DNA of 51,123 nt, from the NCBI GenBank assembly GCA_001816915.1, contig MHCL01000023.1:1-51123 (forward strand). Reading direction: 5' to 3'. This stretch comes from Candidatus Chisholmbacteria bacterium RIFCSPLOWO2_01_FULL_49_14 (GTDB lineage Bacteria; Patescibacteriota; Microgenomatia; UBA1400; Chisholmbacteraceae). A program made the position numbers and the translations under genes. Below the pieces are notes generated by a model. That model ran no database searches, was not told the origin of the DNA, and saw only the letters and a program-made list of their open reading frames with translations. Of the stretch, positions 35,221 to 42,591 are shown piece by piece; positions within the stretch are counted from its first letter, which is position 1; every line of letters begins with the position of its first letter.

Positions 35221-36780
35221 AGCAGGACGGGAAGCGTTTGAAACTCCTGTTTTACCCTGTACACCCATCCATTTTGTAGGTTCGAAAATCCTTTCTTCTT
35301 TTTCGGCAGCTTTCAGCTGTTTCGAACGGTTCGTCAGGTTTACTGCCTCGTACAACAGTTTAAATGCCGGTGTGTACTGGTAGTCCAGAATACCTGCACG
35401 GATCTTGAGGTTATTGAATACAAAGCGTATGAACTGCCGCTTCTGGGCAAGCTCGGCTTTCCGATAAAGTTCTTTGGCTCGCTGTGAGAGGTCGTAGATA
35501 TTCAGACCGAGCCGGTAATACTTGGTATTCGCCGTTTCGTGGCGTTTGATGGTTGTAAGTAGCGTCTCTTTCTCTTCGGTATATTGCTCGAATTTCCTCT
35601 CGTAGAACTCCTTGGGAATTCGTTCATCAAGTTTATCGTCGTAGAGCTTGTCCAACCGGTTCTGAACACGCTCAAGCTGCTCCTGCAATTGCTTCAGAGA
35701 AGATGAATGATGTGCTATCTCGTCTTTATGGCTTTCTTTCAAAGCTTTCCTTATCCATTCGACAAGCCTCGGGCTTCGCAACTGGAGATTCTGGAAGCCT
35801 TCAACCAGCTGCTCTTCGACTTTCGGTTCTTTAACCCAAGTCTTGTCGGAACAGGCCCTGTATCCGTTGCAGTGTCCGTAGACATGTCTCTTCTGCACTT
35901 CCCAGGTGATCAGTCCTCCGCACTCTCCGCAGCGGATCAGGCTCTTAAACAGGAACATATGCTTCCGGTATTTCGGGGTCGTCTTGCTGACGAGAAGCTG
36001 TTGAACCCTGTCAAACAGTTCGTCGCTCACCAGTGGCTCGTGAGATCCGGGATACAGTTTTCCGTTCCAGAAGATCTTTCCTTTATAGAACGGGTTGGTT
36101 AAAATCCTGTGCGTGTTGCTCCTGACAATATTACCTCCGACGCTGTTCGTCAGACCCATTTCCAGAACCTTCTTTGTCACTTCCGTCAATGAATATTCAC
36201 CGGAAGCGTAGAGTTCGAAGAGTTTTTTGATTAGCGGTGCTTTCTCTTCGTCAACAACGTGGACTTTGTGCCCCGCTTCCCCTACCGTTTTGTATCCGGG
36301 CGGCGGTTTGGTCGGCAGCCAACCCTGGGCTATCTTCTCAACCTGCCCTTTCTTCACCTCTTCGCTTAAGTTGTCGATGTAGTTCTTGGCGAAGATGATC
36401 CGGATACCCCAGTTGAACTTTTCCTGTGAGCGGGAGTTTTGGTGAAGCACAAGCGAGTCCTTTACGAGATGCACCTGACGTTCTGCATCTTCCTCCAGCC
36501 ATTCATCAATCAGGACAGCATCTTTGAAGTTCCGCGTCAGCCTATCTACTTTTTCACAGACGATGATCTTGAGATTGCGTTTTTGCAGGTATTTCAACAT
36601 CTCTGAAAACACAGCTCGTTGTCTCCTTCCGCTCGCGGATTCGGAAATGGAGAAGGTTTTCGCTACGGTGAAGTTGTTCTTCTCCGCATAAGATCTCAAA
36701 AGCTTTTCCTGTGCCGGAAGGGAATATCCCGTTTCTTCCTGTTCTCTTGATGATACTCTTGCAAAAAGTACTGCTTTCAT
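35158..36780 (-). CDS. Large serine recombinase (integrase)
   Basis: FARVSS (catalytic Ser), SLPAQ, DRLTRN, recombinase domain (PPGY, ILTNPFYKG, HEPLVS), Zn ribbon CGECG...C.....C, coiled coil. Confidence 0.96.
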   Translation of the reverse strand: MKAVLFARVSSREQEETGYSLPAQEKLLRSYAEKNNFTVAKTFSISESASGRRQRAVFSEMLKYLQKRNLKIIVCEKVDRLTRNFKDAVLIDEWLEEDAERQVHLVKDSLVLHQNSRSQEKFNWGIRIIFAKNYIDNLSEEVKKGQVEKIAQGWLPTKPPPGYKTVGEAGHKVHVVDEEKAPLIKKLFELYASGEYSLTEVTKKVLEMGLTNSVGGNIVRSNTHRILTNPFYKGKIFWNGKLYPGSHEPLVSDELFDRVQQLLVSKTTPKYRKHMFLFKSLIRCGECGGLITWEVQKRHVYGHCNGYRACSDKTWVKEPKVEEQLVEGFQNLQLRSPRLVEWIRKALKESHKDEIAHHSSSLKQLQEQLERVQNRLDKLYDDKLDERIPKEFYERKFEQYTEEKETLLTTIKRHETANTKYYRLGLNIYDLSQRAKELYRKAELAQKRQFIRFVFNNLKIRAGILDYQYTPAFKLLYEAVNLTNRSKQLKAAEKEERIFEPTKWMGVQGKTGVSNASRPAWLRGRDSNPDTILQRDVSYH

Positions 36781-36786
36781 AACTTC

Positions 36787-36866
36787 AATGCCCTCACTGG
36801 TGTGCTCAGACCTGTTAGAGTCTGTCCAATGAGGGCATTAAAAACTCCAACAGGTTTTCTGAGCAC
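36787..36866 (-). ncRNA. Candidate pseudoknotted cis-regulatory leader of the recombinase
   Basis: Interleaved inverted repeats 36844-36866/36802-36821 and 36826-36839/36787-36800. Both mismatches are G-U pairs on the minus strand. Confidence 0.7.
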
Positions 36867-36872
36867 GATCTT

Positions 36873-36901
36873 ATTATCAACTCTTCTCTGGATTATTTCA
36901 A
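36873..36901 (-). promoter_or_regulatory. Sigma70-type promoter for the recombinase
   Basis: TTGAAA (36901-36896), 17 nt, GATAAT (36878-36873). Confidence 0.65.
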
Positions 36902-37018
36902 CTCTAAACGTAATAGTTACAATTCTTTACTGCATAACAACATTACGGTATTTCTCTTTAACTTCAATATTCCATACCAGATCATTACTAGTAATGTTAC
37001 TGTATTACTACATAGTGA

Positions 37019-37306
37019 CTATATTTGATTTGTATATTCTCTAGCTTTATCTACTATCATTTTCTGTAAACGAAGCCAAAGGTTGGGATCTCGAAAGCGC
37101 ACCACCCAAAAATATTTTCCGTTCCTTCCTTTCACACTTGGAGGGCCGACCACCCATACCGGATTATGAGGAGAGCCTTTTGTCGTGGTGTATCTAGCCA
37201 TGAATCCTCGGATTTCAATTACCCCAGACACCACAGCGTTTGCGATAACAACGTTGCTCTTGGGGTCGTATTTCTTAATATGAATTTCAATATCTTCTAT
37301 ATTCAT
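37019..37306 (-). CDS. SpoVG-like nucleic-acid-binding protein
   Basis: I.DIEI, IEIRGF, V.PPS....GKYF and a C-terminal helix resemble the SpoVG pattern. Confidence 0.6.
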   Translation of the reverse strand: MNIEDIEIHIKKYDPKSNVVIANAVVSGVIEIRGFMARYTTTKGSPHNPVWVVGPPSVKGRNGKYFWVVRFRDPNLWLRLQKMIVDKAREYTNQI

Positions 37307-37307
37307 G

Positions 37308-37550
37308 TCAATTATCAGTGAAAATTAAATGTTTCAACGTTCGAATCGCGTCCGCGTATTCCTTGGCATTGACATCAACCGTCTTTGAGAAGAACTGTTG
37401 CTGAAGCGATTCACAAAGATGGCGATCGCTGAATACGAACCAACAGATTTTGTATTCGCGATTTACTCTTTCCAGCCGCACCCCTTTGGCATAAAGAAGT
37501 GCTGAGAGACTGAGATCTTTGGAGAAGAAGAAGTCGTTGTTACTATCCAT
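37308..37550 (-). CDS. DUF5659-like phage protein
   Basis: F.SKDL.LSA.L...G..L, FVF, V....Y..AIR.LK..I. Confidence 0.72.
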   Translation of the reverse strand: MDSNNDFFFSKDLSLSALLYAKGVRLERVNREYKICWFVFSDRHLCESLQQQFFSKTVDVNAKEYADAIRTLKHLIFTDN

Positions 37551-37590
37551 AATCAATCATTCTCTTTCTATCTCATCTGAGAAAAAAACT

Positions 37591-37815
37591 TCACGATTCT
37601 GCCTGGTAATATCCAGGATTTTTCTTTTTCAGTTCTCTTATGATGGTGTATAGCCCTTTTAGCCTTTTTGGTCGTAGATTCCAGAGAGGACATCCAGTGA
37701 TTTGGCATCGCAAGACTTCTTTTGCCTGACAACAGACGCAGTCGAGGCATTTCATGGCTATCGCCTTATTCAGGTTTTTGATTTCTCTCCGGAGATTGAG
37801 TTTGTTAGTTCTCAT
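37591..37815 (-). CDS. Small Cys-rich phage-type protein
   Basis: KAI..KCLDC.....EV..C....CPLW..R pattern. Confidence 0.72.
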   Translation of the reverse strand: MRTNKLNLRREIKNLNKAIAMKCLDCVCCQAKEVLRCQITGCPLWNLRPKRLKGLYTIIRELKKKNPGYYQAES

Positions 37816-37836
37816 CGTTGATTTGCCTCTGAAAAT

Positions 37837-38007
37837 TCAAGATCGTCTCATTTTGTCCTTGTGGCTACTTGAATCAATTTCCTCCAGGAGCCCGAAAAAG
37901 CCGATCAGATTATTAGCCACTTCCAATATAATTCTCGGCTTAAGCTTCAGCCCATATTCTTCTTCTAAAATTATCTTGAGCTCTGCTTTAATCTGTTCAC
38001 TGATCAT
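37837..38007 (-). CDS. 56-aa helical protein absent from the ORF track
   Basis: MISEQIKAELKIILEEEYGLKLKPRIILEVANNLIGFFGLLEEIDSSSHKDKMRRS, co-oriented in the operon leading to the recombinase. Confidence 0.7.
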   Translation of the reverse strand: MISEQIKAELKIILEEEYGLKLKPRIILEVANNLIGFFGLLEEIDSSSHKDKMRRS

Positions 38008-38087
38008 GAGATTTCGTGAGGCTCTTTGTTTTCGGTGATACCGATGTCCTTCGAGGCTGCTTGGATCTATCTCTGTGAGCTAGGATC

Positions 38088-38424
38088 TCACCCAATACAA
38101 AAACCACCCTCATCACAGAACTTGCTAAAATCTTCAATGTATTTGCACCACTCTTCATCTTTCTCCTTTTTGACTTCAGGTAGTGCTTTTTTTTAAAGCT
38201 TTTGAGAGATTTCTTGTGTCTTGATCTGTAACAACTTGCCAGTGGTTAGAAAAATAATCACCTTCCCACCTTTTTTCTGAAACTCAAAGTTTTTTGAAAA
38301 TTTCTCTGTATGGCTTTGTCCCTTCCGGTTCCCAGCCATGTTCGTATGCTAGATTGAGTACATAACTCCATCCAAACCTGTTAAATCTGAAAGCTCCCCC
38401 TTTTCCTCTCAAATCCATTCCCAT
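38088..38424 (-). pseudogene. Phage-type hypothetical protein, disrupted
   Basis: AAAGGAG SD. MGMDLRGKGG...GW..VL.LA...GWEP.GT...W.G.YFSN...GGFCIG with an in-frame TGA (38284-38286) and a +1 frameshift in the T8 run at 38187-38194. Confidence 0.75.
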
Positions 38425-38456
38425 ATGTCTTAACTCCTTTCTGAGTACATTCTTAT

Positions 38457-38843
38457 TTATTCATTATCTGTGTATGGATACTTGAATTTTTCGAAATTCT
38501 CCTTTTCTAGTGAATGTAGTTTTTTTATTGGTATCGTCAGATAAATCGTTTTGTCTTCAACAACAACGCCTGACTCGTTGATAAGTTCATCAAATAAGAT
38601 CCATCCAACCAGCTGAAGTCGTCTCTCAGCCAGAGAGTAAATTGAAAAGATGTATACGTCTATGCCGAAATCATGTTATGCCAAATCCAATGCGACTAAA
38701 TTTTCTGGATTACTGTTCCATAGGTTGCAACTGCCTGTCCTAGATCGAAGATTCAGCTTATGCTTGGGGGATACCAGAACATTTGGACCATTTACCATAT
38801 TTTTAAACTCTGTGTAATCGTTTCTGATATCAAATTTAGTCAT
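38457..38843 (-). pseudogene. Hypothetical protein with an internal stop
   Basis: ATGA-coupled to the upstream gene. 129-codon frame with one TAA at 38676-38678. The downstream half reads DVYIFSIY...LVGWI. Confidence 0.7.
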
Positions 38844-39343
38844 TTATCCTTTCTACTAATGATTGCACCTACGTCCGATTGCTCAACTCCTTTTTCGTAA
38901 TGAAGTTCAACCTTTTCTTTTTTTGAACCTTTTTTAATGGGTTTAGTAGAGCGTAATCTATCTACTATTCTTCCAAGCGCATGAAGCCTCTCCTGGTCAT
39001 TTTTAAAGCACGCATCCATGATTTCCGCTCTCTCTACGGCGATACGTGTTGTTTTAGCCAACCCAAAATTCATGTCTAAAATACGAAGATCAAGGCATAA
39101 TGGGATTTCATCTCTATCAATGAAAAGGACTTCCATCCATGCGTGTCTGAAGGTAACGCATCCCTCCTTCTTTTGCCCTATGTATTTGACCCGCAACTTT
39201 AGGCTGGCCAAATCTCTAGAGAAGTTACTGCGATATATTCTCTCTGTAATCTTCCAACCTCTTTCTTTAATTTCTTCTTCAAATGTTTTGAGCAATACTG
39301 ATTGATAAAATCTGTATAGTTCTTTAAATTGATGGTTGTTCAT
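38840..39343 (-). CDS. Hypothetical protein
   Basis: 167-aa ORF in the leftward island operon. Confidence 0.7.
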   Translation of the reverse strand: MNNHQFKELYRFYQSVLLKTFEEEIKERGWKITERIYRSNFSRDLASLKLRVKYIGQKKEGCVTFRHAWMEVLFIDRDEIPLCLDLRILDMNFGLAKTTRIAVERAEIMDACFKNDQERLHALGRIVDRLRSTKPIKKGSKKEKVELHYEKGVEQSDVGAIISRKDK

Positions 39344-39376
39344 ACTTGCGAAGAGTTATTAAGATGGTTACGCTTC

Positions 39377-39628
39377 TTACCCTCTGCTTGTAACCTCGTA
39401 GACTTTATGTCTGAAAGTATCTACTGCGTCCAAGAGATCTTTGGGCTGAACAAGGGGAGCTTGCCTACTCAGAAACGAGTTAACTAATTGCAGGCATTTC
39501 TCGAGTGGAGAGAATTGGAAGTAGATGATTGAGTTCTCTACTCTTGTCCCTAGGAACTTTATGTTGGGTTGAATCAGAAGAAACGGGCAAATTTGCCTAT
39601 CTTTACTCTCATATCTTGTTTGGTCCAT
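39377..39628 (-). CDS. Second DUF5659-like protein
   Basis: YESKD.....FL, IYFQF, V.PK.LL.A...FR..V parallels the 37308 protein. Confidence 0.6.
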   Translation of the reverse strand: MDQTRYESKDRQICPFLLIQPNIKFLGTRVENSIIYFQFSPLEKCLQLVNSFLSRQAPLVQPKDLLDAVDTFRHKVYEVTSRG

Positions 39629-39713
39629 AGAGCTTCTCCATTACTTCATCTTTCCTTAGTCTATAGACGGAAATCAGATTTGAAAAAACCCAATAGAACA
39701 GCGGTTTGATGGG

Positions 39714-40574
39714 TTAGTTAGAGGTGTCCGTGAAAAGTTGCATGAAGCGTTTTATTTCTCTGCTCGATTTGTTTTGTTCAAAACCCCAAAGACCTTTGTC
39801 TTTCATCCACTTTATTGTGTCTTTATGTGTTAATCCCATATGCTTTTTTAGAACGAAGTAAAAATATCTATTCAAAAACGTCTCCTCGTCTTGTCTGTTA
39901 GCATCAAAATAGTTTGGAAACTTCTTCTGAATCTGCTTTAACATATTTGGCCAGCCTCTCTTTCCAGTGTTGGCTAAACTTGTGTGAGAATAGATCTTTA
40001 TCTCTAAGTAGGGTTCTAATGTATTAGGTTCTACTTGTATACTCATCCTCGGTGGTTGTTTTCTAAAAAGAACAAATCCAGGTGTAATTTCCTCGTATAA
40101 CACATAGTTCTTAATCGCTTTGTGCCAGATCGCGTTTAACTTTTTTAATTTGATCAATCGCAGCCTTCCAATTTCTCGCAAAATTGTCTTAAGTTTCTTG
40201 CTCTCCCAAGAGTTAATCTTTTTCTCAATCGCGTGTAGTTTGTCTGAAGCATTCAAATCGGGAAATAACTTCCCTCTCGCGAATTCCCGGGATACAGTAA
40301 AGTATCTATTGCATGCATTCTTACCTATCGCCTTCATTAAGTCCCTTTTCATTTGTTCCGGTTTGATCTGATACTTCAACCTAATGCCCTCGACCTCTCT
40401 ATTAAACTCTGGGATAAATCGCAATATATCTGCTATTGGCAACCAATAAGGCTTTTCGTGACCACCTTGCTTTTTAGGATTATTCTTTCGATCATCCAAG
40501 TAATCCAGTAGAAAACCTAAGTCGTACTCTCTCCGAAGAATAGCATCAATTTTTTCTTCATCTTCATCTTTCAT
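39714..40574 (-). CDS. Hypothetical basic protein, possible C-terminal HTH
   Basis: 286 aa. C-terminal GLTHKDTIKWM....SSREIKRF resembles a helix-turn-helix (inference). Confidence 0.65.
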   Translation of the reverse strand: MKDEDEEKIDAILRREYDLGFLLDYLDDRKNNPKKQGGHEKPYWLPIADILRFIPEFNREVEGIRLKYQIKPEQMKRDLMKAIGKNACNRYFTVSREFARGKLFPDLNASDKLHAIEKKINSWESKKLKTILREIGRLRLIKLKKLNAIWHKAIKNYVLYEEITPGFVLFRKQPPRMSIQVEPNTLEPYLEIKIYSHTSLANTGKRGWPNMLKQIQKKFPNYFDANRQDEETFLNRYFYFVLKKHMGLTHKDTIKWMKDKGLWGFEQNKSSREIKRFMQLFTDTSN

Positions 40575-40670
40575 ATTTTGATCTGTATTTTAACTGATTT
40601 GGTAAAATATAGATGAAAAGTGAATAATGCCTAAACCTTCCGGTATTTAACCGTCTGGCATGGCACAAAA

Positions 40671-40773
40671 ACCTTGTGAGGAATAAGCTCCTCGTCAGAG
40701 CACCTCACAAGGTCATATCTCAAAAGGGGTATGGGTGGCGCAAGCCATCGCTGGCGGGGAGCTTCGTGTTCTC
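40671..40773 (+). ncRNA. Candidate structured leader RNA (pseudoknot plus two hairpins)
   Basis: Stems 40671-40681/40703-40713 and 40685-40698/40751-40764, hairpins at 40715-40732 and 40734-40749 (GCAA loop). Mismatches are G-U on the plus strand. Confidence 0.65.
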
Positions 40774-40786
40774 CAGCCTAATCGCA

Positions 40787-41491
40787 ATGACTATGAAGTG
40801 CCAACATTGCAAAGGAGAAATAAGTTCAAAATCTGAATATTGTTCTCACTGTGGTCAGAAATTGAAAGGCAAATATGATTCCCAAAATCCTAAAATAAAC
40901 CTTCTGGTGTTTACCGTCTTATCTTTTCTAAGTGGAGGGATTTATTTCCCTATCTGGTTTTGGCGAAGGCACTCTTTCTTTGGATACGACACTGATCAAC
41001 ACCGATTACCAATACTCAATAAATGGTTTTTGGTTGCAGCAATGTTGATTCTAATGGCTACTACTGTAATTGGGGGATGGTATAGTGCTAATTTAAGGAT
41101 TTTTGAACATGAGTTTAAAGAGCAAGCTCTTGAACATATTAGGGCAGGGGAAGATATTTTATCGGTATATAAAGACGACTCTGAACTACTAAATAAGCGA
41201 ATCTCCTTAGAAGGCAATATTCTCCTCACGGGAATAGTTAAGGGAATAATTGGTATGTTTTTGATTTATCAAGCTTTCATTGCTAGGAATGTTATTAATG
41301 TATATCTAAAGGAGGCATATCAAAAACAGATTTCTAGATGGGTGTGGATAACATCTGGCTTTTGCTTTTATATTATTTTTACGCTCGTAGGAAGCTCCAC
41401 TGATGGACTTCTGTGGTCTAATTTTCCTTTAATATTCTGGATGCAATACAAAATAAACCGCCTTTCTGAGAAAAATAATCGGAGAAGATAG
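40787..41491 (+). CDS. Zinc-ribbon membrane protein
   Basis: CQHC...YCSHCG, then several TM segments (LS.LSGGIYF.IWF). Start placed at ATG 40787 because the upstream extension is structured RNA. Confidence 0.78.
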   Translation: MTMKCQHCKGEISSKSEYCSHCGQKLKGKYDSQNPKINLLVFTVLSFLSGGIYFPIWFWRRHSFFGYDTDQHRLPILNKWFLVAAMLILMATTVIGGWYSANLRIFEHEFKEQALEHIRAGEDILSVYKDDSELLNKRISLEGNILLTGIVKGIIGMFLIYQAFIARNVINVYLKEAYQKQISRWVWITSGFCFYIIFTLVGSSTDGLLWSNFPLIFWMQYKINRLSEKNNRRR

Positions 41492-41520
41492 GTCAGATTA
41501 CTAACAAGAATAGTAATAAA

Positions 41521-41709
41521 ATGAAGAAACAGAAACCAATTATATTTCTAGGAGAGAAATTAGACCCAGAGTATTACCCTATCCTGTACGAGAAGGCGAA
41601 GAAACATCCCGAAGAGTTGAAGCGCCAGCTCCTCAGCCTCGCGAAACTCCCCGGCGGGAGCATCCGGTCAGCGAAACAGGCGCTGGAAAGCGACCTCCAG
41701 CATGGATAG
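41521..41709 (+). CDS. Hypothetical protein
   Basis: 62-aa ATG-initiated ORF. Confidence 0.6.
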   Translation: MKKQKPIIFLGEKLDPEYYPILYEKAKKHPEELKRQLLSLAKLPGGSIRSAKQALESDLQHG

Positions 41710-41736
41710 CTGAGTACCCATATTCTCCTGGGCTGC

Positions 41737-41994
41737 CTATTGGGCTGAAGAGCCGGCGGTTCTGGCTTGAGGTTCAGAGAACTGCGTCAGGTAAATAACC
41801 ATACCGCCGTTCTTACTTACTTCTTCGTTCTCCTTCTCAATCTGACTCGCTTCAGCTTCACTAAGGAAGTAGCCTTCCCCATCAATAAGCCTGCCATCCT
41901 GGGTTATGTGACGAACAACCTCAACATACTTATCTTTATTCCGCGCCTTGTCGAATTTGCTCTCCAGTTGTCTCAGTCTGACTTTGGTTGTCAT
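41737..41994 (-). CDS. Hypothetical protein
   Basis: ATGA-coupled to the upstream gene. Begins RLRQLE. Confidence 0.65.
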   Translation of the reverse strand: MTTKVRLRQLESKFDKARNKDKYVEVVRHITQDGRLIDGEGYFLSEAEASQIEKENEEVSKNGGMVIYLTQFSEPQARTAGSSAQ

Positions 41995-42356
41995 ACTTTT
42001 GCCTGATCCAGTCGTTTCTCTAGTTCCTCAACTCGTGTCTCCAACTCGCTCTTGTCATAAGCATCCAAGAAAGTCTTTGCCAGGTAGCCCAGTGATCCGG
42101 CGGGATTGTTGGCAGGCATCTTGCCGGTCCAGAGGCTGTTGAGTGCTTTCTCCATCAGTCTTTTTATATCTTCCGGTGTGTCCAGCTTCATTCTTCTGCC
42201 GAGCTGGTGATACTGCCTTTTGGCTTTTCCGCCATCAGAGGAGGCACTGAGAGCCTGCTCACGGGTCTCCTGATCATGTCGGAAGCAATACACACCTCCG
42301 TGCATAGCGTTAGCCTGGCATTGTGCGCCGTTTGATTTTATTGCCTTACATTTCAT
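41991..42356 (-). CDS. CCCH zinc-finger protein with helical tail (small terminase-like by inference)
   Basis: CKA...NG.QC......G..YC..H and C-terminal ELETRVEELEKRL. Confidence 0.6.
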   Translation of the reverse strand: MKCKAIKSNGAQCQANAMHGGVYCFRHDQETREQALSASSDGGKAKRQYHQLGRRMKLDTPEDIKRLMEKALNSLWTGKMPANNPAGSLGYLAKTFLDAYDKSELETRVEELEKRLDQAKV

Positions 42357-42591
42357 AACTAAGTTACCCCCATACAGAGAAGCATCTTCTGACTCGATTA
42401 TCTCACACTTTATACCTCGAGATAAATATTTATTGGTGTCTTGTAGCCTTCCTCTCGATTATCAATCAGTCCTGAGGTAAAATATGGGGAGAATGTATAC
42501 GCAGAATAAATCAATCATTGATAACGACAAGATTAAACTCTTTTCCGAACTAAAAAGCTATGAAGAACGATGATTTAATGAGATAAATACT

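Noticed and set aside
36802..37044. 80-aa plus-strand ORF opposite the integrase leader
   Set aside because: Overlaps the promoter, palindromes and RNA stems, and its hydrophobicity follows from T-rich DNA. Not called, though an antisense transcript is not excluded.
38284..38286. TGA-to-Gly recoding (genetic code 25)
   Set aside because: Many genes here end in TGA. The neighbouring lesions are a TAA and a frameshift, so decay is the simpler explanation.
40671..40713. Hammerhead or HDV-like ribozyme (CUGACGA on minus, UCCUCGU on plus)
   Set aside because: No GAAA after a stem II for a hammerhead, and no P3/P1 arrangement around UCCUCGU for HDV. Kept only as a generic structured leader.
42484..42573. 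29-aa ORF upstream of res
   Set aside because: Too short, no motif, no clear SD.
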